DNA from: a virus
Taxonomy: Duplodnaviria; Caudoviricetes
Reading direction: 5' to 3' (one strand)
DNA: 58,254 bases
Virus record (IMG/VR): IMGVR_UViG_3300020235_001162
Span: 1 to 58,254 of that record
Shown: piece after piece, positions 20,201-27,777 of the stretch
How positions within the stretch are numbered: position 1 is the first letter of the stretch
How the letters are laid out: the number at the start of each line of letters is the position of its first letter
Position numbers and translations under genes: made by a program
The notes under the pieces: model-generated
What the model saw: only the letters and a program-made list of their open reading frames with translations
What the model was told of the DNA's origin: nothing
The model's database searches: none

Positions 20201-23200
20201 GGAGGACCGCGTTGGTCGCTCCCGGACGGGTGAACATCGCCGGGGTTTCGATCAGGGGCTCGCCGCTGATCAGCTCCCGCATCCGCTGGGGCGTCAGCTT
20301 CTCGGCAGCGACGATCTCGCTCGGCTCGATGTTCCTCCAGAGGGTGACGAACCCCTTGGTCGGTTGGCTCTTGTCAGTCTCAACGTAGCCCTCGTAGCCC
20401 TTCTCCTTGGCGACCTGCATCATGCCGCCGTAGTCGAAGCTGCCGTACCTCTCAGTGACCTCGTTGATGATCGACTTCCACTGGGAGTCGAGCTTGGACA
20501 GGAGGTTGAACTTCCCCTCGACGATGTTCAGGAACTTGGACTTGCTCAGGACGACGAACTCGCCCCGGCGGCCAGCGGTGTAGAGGTTTACTGCCGCTTG
20601 GTCGAGCTTGAGCTGGCCGCCCCGGATGATCCTTTGGCGTTCCCGCCCGATGGCCCCTGTCCCGGCGAACTTGAGGAGGATTCCTTCGGCGGTGATGTTT
20701 TCCCGCGAGAGATGGACGAACCGGGTAGTTCGGATAGCTCGGCCCTGATCATTTCTGCGGCCTGCTCCGGTGATGGTGGCTTGTTCGGCATCGGTTATTG
20801 TATCCCTAACATTGAACTGAGTCGAGGCCTCACCACCGAGTATCGGGGTGAACTCGTTCAGCGTCATTTCGTGTGCATCGACTGCGTTCTTCAGAAGACT
20901 CTGGACGCGGTCCATTCTCTTGAGATGGATCTCAGCCCTCTCGCCTGAGTGCCCGTATGCCTCGGAGTACTTACCGGCCAGACCAGCCATGATCTCTGCA
21001 CCGACCAGCTCTCCGGACATGATCTGATTCCACCATGTCGGTGCAGCACTTTCGTCACCAGCGATGATGCCGATGTACTGAGCGATCATCTCATCATGAC
21101 CCTCCTCGGTCTGCTTCCACCGTTCGACCTCATCCAGCTGCTCTGGGGTGAACTCCCCCATCTTGAGTCTCTTCAAGTTCGCCCAGTACAAGGTTCCCAT
21201 GTGGTCCAGAAGGGCACCGTCGAAGCCGATGACATTATCAAGGAACGTCTGGTAGAACTTCTTCTCCTGAAGGGTGTGAACCACTTCGTGAGCCCACACC
21301 TCAGTGAATATCGTGTCCTGATCCGGCAGCGTCAGGTTGTTCGGAAGCACGATACGAGGTGACGGGTAGTCCATGATCGCCTGCATGGCATCCTGAGTCC
21401 CCACGTCAGCCCAGACCACCTCGACGCCCAACCGCCCCTCAGTCAGGTTGACAACCTCCTCCTCAAAGCTGCCGGGCAACGGATCTAGCATGCTGATCTC
21501 GGACATATCCATGTGCCCAGACGATGACATCCACCACCGTGCGTAGGCACCATGCTTTGAGTCCTCATTGAGGAAAGGCAGAACGTCTGCCTGCCAGTTT
21601 GAGAACTGAGTTGGACCTAACCCAGTGATCGTCGCCAACTCGTGCCACCCCATCGCCATGGGCCGATACGGGGTGATGATCTTCGTGTTGGCGATCCTGC
21701 CGTTGTGGCTGCCGTCGATCCGGACGTTGAGCTGTGACTCTGCGTCCACGTCCTCTGAGACGCCCTGAGAGCCCCGCTGAGACAAGGCTGCGGCAGCGAG
21801 GTCACGCATAGTCTGGATCTCATCTATCCGTATGCCAGCCTTCACGTTGCCCAGAGAGGCCATCACTCGGTCCACAGTCTGGATGAACCGCCGGACGAGT
21901 GTCGGCTTGCGTCCGACCAGCTCATCCCAGAAGCCCCTCTCCAGTGCCCGGACCTCGATATAGCGTGCGACGGCCTCCCTCTGGCCCCGCGTGGTGGCAA
22001 GAAACGAATCAGCGTCGGCACCGAAGAGCCTCAGGGAATCGGTGTAGCTGTTGCCTGCCGCCTTCAGACCTCCGGGGTCGCGTGCCTGAATTCGCTGGAC
22101 GAACTCGACATACTCAGCCGTCTCCTCCAAGATGTGGACCATCTCATGTGACATGGTCCGCTTGATCATGTCTGTGTTGTCGGCATCGACGTTGATGAAG
22201 ATCCGCCTACCGAACCGCTGCCGGTCCACCACCCCGGTGATGTGCTGCGTGCCCTCAACGTGGGCCTTGTTCCTCCAGAAGATCACCTCGGTACCACTAC
22301 CGGAGAAGATCGCCTCAGCCGCCACCTCCAGCTCTTGGTCCGCCTCCTCCACCAGCTCAGCATTGACGTTCTCGACGCCCTCACTGACGGCAAGGTCGTT
22401 GATGTCCTCCATGAACCCCTCACGCTCCCGCGTGGTGGACTTCACCCTGATGGGTGTCGATGGAGGAGCCTGATCAACCGGTAGCGGCTCTCGGACCACG
22501 TCCTGCTGGTCGCCATCGTCGGCCAGCCGCTGGGCCTCCATTGCGTCCTTCAACGCCCGCCGCTGGCCCGTAAGCCTGCTGATTTCCTCGTCAGTCAGGT
22601 CACGTTCGCCGTCCTTGCCGGTCTGGATCATGTCCTCCATGACCACGATCACCTGTTCAATGTCGCCTTCGGCCTGAGCCTCCTCAAGTGACGGCAGTGT
22701 CAACCCCTCCCCGACCTGCCGAGGCCCGATGAAGTTGGCCCCCGCTCTGGCCGCCTCGGTCCTGAACTTAGGCTGACTCGGCTGCCGACCATCTTTGGCC
22801 TGCTGCCTCATCTGCTTGGACTGCATCTTCTCAAGGTTGCTCTTCAGTCCGGACCTGTGGGCCGCACCCACCCCGATCCCGGCGATGTGCAACGCCTGAC
22901 CACCGATGAGCCCCAGCAGTCCAGCTTCCGGCACTCCAGCCAGAAGTGGCCGATCAGGGTCGATGGCCCCGGCGTAGAACCCGAACCGTCCCATCAGGTT
23001 CTGGGCGAGCTGGGTTGCCATCTCCTCGGTCATCTCAGTGCCGCCACTGATCAGGTTCTGGTTGACGATCGACATGACCCTCAGCATCTTGCCGCCAAGA
23101 TAGGCATCGCCAAGGTTGAACAACGACCTCTCGGCCATGTCAGTGACGGCTTTCATGCCCAGCCGTTCAAACAGGATCTCAGCGATTGCGTACCCGACAC

Positions 23201-24113
23201 CGAAGGCGACCGCATCCGCCGCTCCCGGCGTGCCGCCATTCGCGATGATGGCCGCCCGGTAGTCGGTGACGCCGCTGCCGAAGGCTTGGATCCCCATGTA
23301 GCCCAACATGGACTTCGGGCCGATCCTTCCAAGGAGCCGTGTGCCGCCGACGATCTTGCTGGCGACACCCAAGTACGACGGGAGCAGCATCTGCCCGATC
23401 TCGCCTGCGGTCACCCATCCACTGCCTTCCTGTGCGAGACGACCTTCGATCGATATGGGGAAGAGCAGCCCCCCCAGTGCGAACGAAGGCACCGCCATGT
23501 CGAACTCGCCCTCTTGGAAGTCGGTCCTCAGGTTGTCCGCGTAGTCGCGGTACATCTGGGCTGCGTCCGAGAACCCACCAAGATCCAAGAGCCCCGCCAT
23601 TCCCTGAGCGATCATCTCTTGACTGCCGATGAAGCCGCTGACGACTCCTGTCGTGACCTTCGTTATCGCCGAGGCATCCCGCATACGGTCGGAGATGGCG
23701 TCGTCGATGCTTGGGCTGAGCCTCAGGATCTCTGACCGCTCGTCGCGGGTCAGTGGCTCGCCAGCGAACTTCTTGGTGAGAAGATCCTCAGTGCGTCGTC
23801 GGGAGGCTCTTTCCTCATCCCTCATCATGAGGTAGTCGAAGCCCGCCGACATCTTCCCCCCGGCAGCATCGTCCGTAGGCGACTCTTCCGCCTGACGCAC
23901 GATCTCCTCTGGTTCCGGAGTCTTGTCGCCATTGGCGACTAGCTGCGAATCCTCACCTGCGGTTAGGCGGTCCTTCGCCTGAGTCAGTTTCTCTGGGTTG
24001 ATCCGGAAGGTCTGCGTCTCGCCGATCTGTCTCTGGCCGTTCCGGATCGGATCAGTGTGGTGACGCTTGAGCTTCTGGTCGTCGGTCAGATTGATATCTT
24101 CAAGGAAGGCCAT
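14259..24113 (-). CDS. giant internal virion (ejected) polyvalent protein, T7 gp16 position
   Basis: 3284 aa; two HExxH zincin motifs (HEMVH, HEVVH), an ART-like segment and an HhH-glycosylase-like segment; helical, membrane-like C-terminus. Confidence 0.85.
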   Translation of the reverse strand: MAFLEDINLTDDQKLKRHHTDPIRNGQRQIGETQTFRINPEKLTQAKDRLTAGEDSQLVANGDKTPEPEEIVRQAEESPTDDAAGGKMSAGFDYLMMRDEERASRRRTEDLLTKKFAGEPLTRDERSEILRLSPSIDDAISDRMRDASAITKVTTGVVSGFIGSQEMIAQGMAGLLDLGGFSDAAQMYRDYADNLRTDFQEGEFDMAVPSFALGGLLFPISIEGRLAQEGSGWVTAGEIGQMLLPSYLGVASKIVGGTRLLGRIGPKSMLGYMGIQAFGSGVTDYRAAIIANGGTPGAADAVAFGVGYAIAEILFERLGMKAVTDMAERSLFNLGDAYLGGKMLRVMSIVNQNLISGGTEMTEEMATQLAQNLMGRFGFYAGAIDPDRPLLAGVPEAGLLGLIGGQALHIAGIGVGAAHRSGLKSNLEKMQSKQMRQQAKDGRQPSQPKFRTEAARAGANFIGPRQVGEGLTLPSLEEAQAEGDIEQVIVVMEDMIQTGKDGERDLTDEEISRLTGQRRALKDAMEAQRLADDGDQQDVVREPLPVDQAPPSTPIRVKSTTREREGFMEDINDLAVSEGVENVNAELVEEADQELEVAAEAIFSGSGTEVIFWRNKAHVEGTQHITGVVDRQRFGRRIFINVDADNTDMIKRTMSHEMVHILEETAEYVEFVQRIQARDPGGLKAAGNSYTDSLRLFGADADSFLATTRGQREAVARYIEVRALERGFWDELVGRKPTLVRRFIQTVDRVMASLGNVKAGIRIDEIQTMRDLAAAALSQRGSQGVSEDVDAESQLNVRIDGSHNGRIANTKIITPYRPMAMGWHELATITGLGPTQFSNWQADVLPFLNEDSKHGAYARWWMSSSGHMDMSEISMLDPLPGSFEEEVVNLTEGRLGVEVVWADVGTQDAMQAIMDYPSPRIVLPNNLTLPDQDTIFTEVWAHEVVHTLQEKKFYQTFLDNVIGFDGALLDHMGTLYWANLKRLKMGEFTPEQLDEVERWKQTEEGHDEMIAQYIGIIAGDESAAPTWWNQIMSGELVGAEIMAGLAGKYSEAYGHSGERAEIHLKRMDRVQSLLKNAVDAHEMTLNEFTPILGGEASTQFNVRDTITDAEQATITGAGRRNDQGRAIRTTRFVHLSRENITAEGILLKFAGTGAIGRERQRIIRGGQLKLDQAAVNLYTAGRRGEFVVLSKSKFLNIVEGKFNLLSKLDSQWKSIINEVTERYGSFDYGGMMQVAKEKGYEGYVETDKSQPTKGFVTLWRNIEPSEIVAAEKLTPQRMRELISGEPLIETPAMFTRPGATNAVLQHVIDNGGITYEPFSDTIEVTGYAVSPFPERGVAITKSEQVNGKVTEAQIKGFLDANEDILSGNPATRLGVWFDNGSWYLDIVEVHSNERSATGAAIAGSQEAIFHLDKGREIRVQSKEEAAVSRAANDLSPPVVTEADRGPDEPDVGAQLNVVDELGNEVEEITDPFTGQQRPINADDILLRERKAAANLINPRVIKAALRDMDLEVQAQALAVPLLMGKVSTLAEARMWFEQRGEKDLAASGEPLGKVRGRAKGIKSQLAKLARANRPNKFRFAPPNIQNGRDRTKLKKRLIEMARIGVVGRFWYEGSGRHILNQFGGDKVAAEQFVQLISIMSATNPLQSNWQHASLAWLRWQADMEIHGFTESGREWWIGKYGWQGRTADALLAEGTMWEGRKTGSFYKNLMREIDPEGLGNPNQFISTIDIHIMRGMGYPTEAPTTPQYKWAEDLMKDVMADLNKDVADGDPLWETQQVQSAIWVTQKAIRPGKKQKKELAALLKDGMLPIPSDPLTTSVDFSNISEWQTGHVDFNAIPHESTGILPELLTASHLVQQAYTAEVMAVFYDEDGFDIIARELGLLKRGSGVSGNGLFRSLVRQNFDIVGSELAAKRQDRRRAMRSRTNAVLDRIKAGATISDLRDALLSIGEDAFFVDETVPMINRDTLKDWKVILRSGIRAEERGSQTTQQVWQTLRDYADSVLTDARVSMDVRKLLDVYAAAVGQVLHSPEVHWYRPFWKGTKKDSNGISYEFGREMTFGEHDTLTEEIEREFGGDVVLHPAENGLHLVYFGDAGPKGVANGDFQNRAKKLLERVLPEEVNAELKLFATDHGSQTNDYSENLDGENYQREIGLAGRPDIQRIIDTVIRPKIAEIQARWRQAIDRGSVQFNVEGPATAANEDGEKPPVVRVRKAREIYGALTEASIAVADLVPERIRLDRDETLSVIRQAMMDAEPRLRRFRTVIEQNVLEIIEFAADPKSGRFDPSKKHQIVTELREMASDKAKRANSDRRKRIREASRKVTISPEVDPSELIRMASSEDIIRREKAKNTRDAERKEFKRKANAIIEKAALAQREVRRRRNELLDTIIQILPAKFRPADLIRKINQIKTDKQLKVALGDVLVALNKVELRDAKANLLKVVNSVKLSSLPAVYKQAMEERIGNINFQKLTQKTRDRLQTIQNMISEDPAMEETFSKRERESLVKLSNTEVDDMTAAEMNLLSEQVKVVSKNAREFGKTFKRGKKVRIELLEAAVVGELTNEREAREPQPSGQARVRQAMNIASLPFKMETNLKPDALAALQSGSEGMFWETFFKDLVDSQRSWLRNHHIAVDVMEGAIDDAGIRPGDLATMSRVFAGSYGLFTAPIEAIRRRRAGKPGDLRSGETRAAVVIDEDGLEGILLESNRRLVMTKAERMHLVAMLMDMDNYDLIVNSGAPVTLKQGQAGDNFRLTRNDVLKIRASMTTAESLIVARTVEHMNTVMKAKLAAWSITSKGRDITKGDIHVSRHRVRSGDAFAEPTLEQYVDATLNSIGLQKDRGTDIKSPVEIRDWFVEYNNISWGTFALTEMADTHATARKLLQRESVQRALVAAGGSTGYWERMLTNLAREATGQGDNNGPFSSVIGSVINNLTKALLAVNPRVVMYQPASMLVANSEIEMKYLVIGGKSIGKSLTNNAKDIDNEIRTHSPTLRARFDSTALSVMNEFTGGGRILKGQKTSISDRMMAGIQWGDRIAIRTIWMASTAKVDAEFAQLTGDERMRKIAEIAEGVVSRTQPVWGALHTSGLGAQAKRIPVIKLVTMFMAQRNQNINMAVRGLMRYNRDPSQKLKAAKDIAMVAVGQTMFITAIAALWEWALGGFDDDDGDEVAAWLGGRSIDVFVGNIYFGDFYSFVTQVMLGFEQPFEPDFSPLSGSIEQLGRAGMTLRNSGGPNDPKFWKGLEGLTTSGFSMTPFGAWVAGYRMISRGWKNRIAEESSSSQKKPKRASAL
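17805..17819. repeat. 15-bp palindrome copy 3 (inside CDS, encodes VANGD)
   Basis: exact match; flanks extend it to a 17-bp palindrome. Confidence 0.95.
23925..23939. repeat. 15-bp palindrome copy 4 (inside CDS, VANGD)
   Basis: exact match. Confidence 0.95.
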
Positions 24114-26857
24114 CAGGGGGTGCCAAGCTCCAGCAGCTTTCTCTCAAACTCGCTCTGCGGCCTCATGAAGAACTCCTCCGGGTAGTCGAGGCGTTCGAAG
24201 GCTTGGTTCATCTGGTCCATTCTCCATGCGTTGGTCTGGTCGTCCCAGACCCCGTTGGTCAACTCCCGCTTGGTCCAATCCTCTATCTGCCTGTCCACGT
24301 TGAAGCCCATTCGCTTGCCGTACTCCTCCTTGGTGATGTTGGTGCCCGCCAATGGGTTGTACTTGTAGAGGTAGTCTTTGCTCAGGTCTTCCCGGTCGTA
24401 CCGGGTCTTCAAATCATTGTTGAGGAAGGCTGCCGTCTGCTCCCGGCGTTGCAGCTCATGGAGCTGACCTATTGTCTCCGCTTTCAGTTCCGGAACGACG
24501 CCAGCCTCCAGCTTCCCAGTGATGTCCTTGATCTTCTTTTGGTTGTCGATCCTGAAGAACCGGCTCTTGGATTCGGCCATGTTCTCTTTGTTCGGGAAGA
24601 AGTTGATCATGCCCTCGCCACGAAACCCCTTGGGGCGTGGGTCGAACCTCTCGTCGTACCTGTACCACATCATGGGCACACCACTGTTGTCGATGAATCC
24701 GGGGATGAATACGTTGACCGTGCTTGCTCCGGTCTTGGGGTCGCTGCTGACGATCCTGATCGAACGGTTGGGCCGGAATTTCACAGGGTCGCCGAAGGCA
24801 AGGAACGGGTCGAGGATGCCTTCCGCCAGCTTGAGCTGGGTGGTGATCAATTCCACGTTGCGGTTATCGATGACGTTGCCCTGACCGAACACGCGGGACG
24901 ATGCGAAAGTGAACCCACTGGGGCTGGTCGAGTCCGGGATGGGCAGTACCTTCGTCGCCATGTCGTTCACGGCCTGCTGCATCGCCGCAGGTGCCAGCTC
25001 TTCCGGCGTGAGTCTTCCCTCGTCTGCCAGCACGGTGTACTGGTAGAGGTAGTTCTGGAGCAGATCCTTCTGTTCGCTCCCAACGAACCGGCCAGCAATC
25101 TCCTTCCCCTTTACTCTCATGGTCGGGAAGTTATCCATGTCCTGCTGTGCCGTGTCCGCATCCTGCCGCCACTTCGTGATGTTGTGGCTGTCAACCAGAT
25201 CCATAGCATTTGCCCAGTCGCCAGACAGGGGAGTGAGGTGGTCATTGGCGATGAGTGCCGAGAGCAGATGCCCTCCCCCCTTGAGCTTGCCGATCCAGTC
25301 TCTCACAGCCTTTGGCGTCGTTGCCAGAGATGGTGCGAGGGCCTGCCCAGCGACCGCGTATTGCCCACCCTTGATCAGCCCTTCGATCTGCTTGGCAGCC
25401 TTGTAGGACATGGACTTGTTGTTGAGGAACGAGAGGCCGATGTAGTTTTCCAGACTGATGTTGTTTGTCTCTACCAGATTGAATTCGTACCACTCGTCGA
25501 TCTGACCATCGAGTTCGATCAGGTCGCGGTCCCATGTGGGGTCGCCTCTGTAGAGCTTGTCCAAGTTCCCGAAGACCCGCCGTTTGTTGTCAACCTTCGT
25601 TCTGGCTGTAGCGATTTTCGCCACAGCATTCGCACGCATGATGGGGCTGTGGACCTTCTCTGCCAGTTCCATTGCGTTGCCGAACAGATTGGCCCCGATC
25701 GCGTGACTCATCATTCTGAGATGCTCTTCGTCCTCCGCGAGATCCCTTTTCTCATTTGCACTGTTGACCATGTCCGTCGTCATGGTGCCGTACTTGTCCC
25801 AGTAGCTCTTGCCTGCGAACTGGAGGCTCTTGAGCAGCAGGTCTGGGTCACGCTCGGTCTTGCCCAGAGCCTTCGCAAACGCATCGAACAGGAGGTCATC
25901 AAAATGCTCATTGGCGAATGCGGTCTGGCCCTCGTCGTTTCCGGGGAGCCCGACACGGGTGGCAGCACCGAGAGCCTTGACCGATTCGAATGCTTGCTTG
26001 AATGTTTCCTCGCTGCCGCCCTCGATCACATGATTGAACAGGATAAGATTTGTGGAGTTGCGGGTGTCCTCTTCGAACTGCCGCTGCTCCTCCCTACCCA
26101 GACGGGTGGCTTGGTCCCGTGCCCGATCGTTCACTCCGCGTAGAACCTGTCTCTCCCATGGCACCATGACCTCAGCGGGAACACCACTCGCGATCATCTC
26201 CTGCTTGAGACGGACGAACTCATCGCTGAACCTGAACTCGACATTCTGGGGCGTCTCCCGACGCTTCTTATCCATCGTCGCAAGGTTGATCAAGCCGATC
26301 TTGTGGGCAAGAGCGGTGAAGAACATTTCGGCATTGGCCGGATTGACGAACCGCCACTTCTCGGCCTTCTTGAGGGCTTCTTCAGGGGTGGCGTTTTTCA
26401 GCCAGCCCAGAACGTGGCTCTCCTCCAGCTCAGTCAGCTCGCGGTACAGGTTGCGGTTCTCTTCGTTCCCCAGCTGAGCCTCGACCGCCTGAATCCGGGC
26501 CTCTTGGGTCAGGAGTGCCTCGGCGGCCATTGCCACCTCGTTCTCCTTCAGAGCCCGCTGGCTCTCCAGCCCAAGCTGCTGCGTGTTTCGCCTGATCTGG
26601 GCTCGCTCCTCCTGAAGGACGCTGACTTGATTCTTGAAGTCCAGCTCCTTGGACTGCTGCTTCTGGGCGGCGAGGTTCCGGGCCGACAGGGTCCGGGAGG
26701 TCTGAGCCCTGAAGCCGGTCGTGATGGCACCGAGTGAGGCGGCCAGTGCCTCACCGATCTCCGCGAAGTCTCGGCCACCACGGTCAACTGATGCCTGCTG
26801 TGGTGCCGGGAGTGACGGCAGGGGTACCCGTGGTGCTGCGGTTGGTACTCGTGTCAT
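24113..26857 (-). CDS. internal virion protein (T7 gp15 position)
   Basis: 914 aa, helical/coiled-coil; synteny. Confidence 0.7.
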   Translation of the reverse strand: MTRVPTAAPRVPLPSLPAPQQASVDRGGRDFAEIGEALAASLGAITTGFRAQTSRTLSARNLAAQKQQSKELDFKNQVSVLQEERAQIRRNTQQLGLESQRALKENEVAMAAEALLTQEARIQAVEAQLGNEENRNLYRELTELEESHVLGWLKNATPEEALKKAEKWRFVNPANAEMFFTALAHKIGLINLATMDKKRRETPQNVEFRFSDEFVRLKQEMIASGVPAEVMVPWERQVLRGVNDRARDQATRLGREEQRQFEEDTRNSTNLILFNHVIEGGSEETFKQAFESVKALGAATRVGLPGNDEGQTAFANEHFDDLLFDAFAKALGKTERDPDLLLKSLQFAGKSYWDKYGTMTTDMVNSANEKRDLAEDEEHLRMMSHAIGANLFGNAMELAEKVHSPIMRANAVAKIATARTKVDNKRRVFGNLDKLYRGDPTWDRDLIELDGQIDEWYEFNLVETNNISLENYIGLSFLNNKSMSYKAAKQIEGLIKGGQYAVAGQALAPSLATTPKAVRDWIGKLKGGGHLLSALIANDHLTPLSGDWANAMDLVDSHNITKWRQDADTAQQDMDNFPTMRVKGKEIAGRFVGSEQKDLLQNYLYQYTVLADEGRLTPEELAPAAMQQAVNDMATKVLPIPDSTSPSGFTFASSRVFGQGNVIDNRNVELITTQLKLAEGILDPFLAFGDPVKFRPNRSIRIVSSDPKTGASTVNVFIPGFIDNSGVPMMWYRYDERFDPRPKGFRGEGMINFFPNKENMAESKSRFFRIDNQKKIKDITGKLEAGVVPELKAETIGQLHELQRREQTAAFLNNDLKTRYDREDLSKDYLYKYNPLAGTNITKEEYGKRMGFNVDRQIEDWTKRELTNGVWDDQTNAWRMDQMNQAFERLDYPEEFFMRPQSEFERKLLELGTP

Positions 26858-27777
26858 CAGCGGCTCCCACTGAAGTCAAGCGTGAGGTCAGACAGGTTGG
26901 CAGGTACTTCGGCATCCCGATTGAGGCTGCCGATCGACGAGTTGTTGAGGAAGTTTCTGATGGTTCTACCGCGAGCCGTCTGAAGGTCCGCGAATCTATC
27001 TGCCCTTATTGTTTCTAGCACGCCAAGCTGTTGCTGCCCGGCATGTAACGCCGCCGCCAGACCAGAGATCGCCTCAAATGTGTCGAACCTGATCCCGCTG
27101 TCTCGGATGGCTGACTCCAGACCCTTCAAGTCGATCCGCCACCCGGCCCTCTGGCTCTTGTACTGACCCTGCTGGATCCCATTGATCTCGTCGGCGTTCT
27201 GGGAGTTCTTCCACGCCGTGAAGGCCTCGGTGGCAATGCTGTACCCGGAAGCAGCCGCGTTCGCCGCCGCCGCAGGGACGCTCGGTGTGCCAGCGTTGGC
27301 CGCAGCAGCGATGTCGATTTTCTTGTCATGTGCTGCACGCTCTTCACGCTTCAAGCTCTCGTATTCTGTCCATGTTGCAAAAGCTGTGGGGTCGTTCACC
27401 TGATTCATGAGGCTCTCCTGCTTGGAGATGCCTGTCGGGGACACGGCGTTGGTCAGGTTGCCCAGAGCCCGCTGGCCGTCGTAGGCGATCTGTGCAATCG
27501 CGAGGATCTTGTTGACCCGGAGGTTTGTGATGAACAGGTTGACCCTGTCCATCGACAGGCGGGCCGCATTGGCGATGGCTTGGGCCTGCTTGGCCGCACC
27601 GAAGGCAGCGATTACCGCGAAGATCCCGGCACCGATGGCCCCAGCCCCAGCGGAGGTCAGACCACCGCCGCCAGTGTCGCCACCAGATAGCGACACTGGC
27701 GGCCCGAAAAATGGCGAGCCGAACTCCCCCGCCGGTATCGTGGCGGCGAACTGTGACGGTTGGGGATGTCGTGGCAT
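26857..27777 (-). CDS. internal virion protein (T7 gp14 position)
   Basis: Gly/Ala-rich hydrophobic N-terminal segment then Ala/Gln helices; synteny. Confidence 0.7.
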   Translation of the reverse strand: MPRHPQPSQFAATIPAGEFGSPFFGPPVSLSGGDTGGGGLTSAGAGAIGAGIFAVIAAFGAAKQAQAIANAARLSMDRVNLFITNLRVNKILAIAQIAYDGQRALGNLTNAVSPTGISKQESLMNQVNDPTAFATWTEYESLKREERAAHDKKIDIAAAANAGTPSVPAAAANAAASGYSIATEAFTAWKNSQNADEINGIQQGQYKSQRAGWRIDLKGLESAIRDSGIRFDTFEAISGLAAALHAGQQQLGVLETIRADRFADLQTARGRTIRNFLNNSSIGSLNRDAEVPANLSDLTLDFSGSR

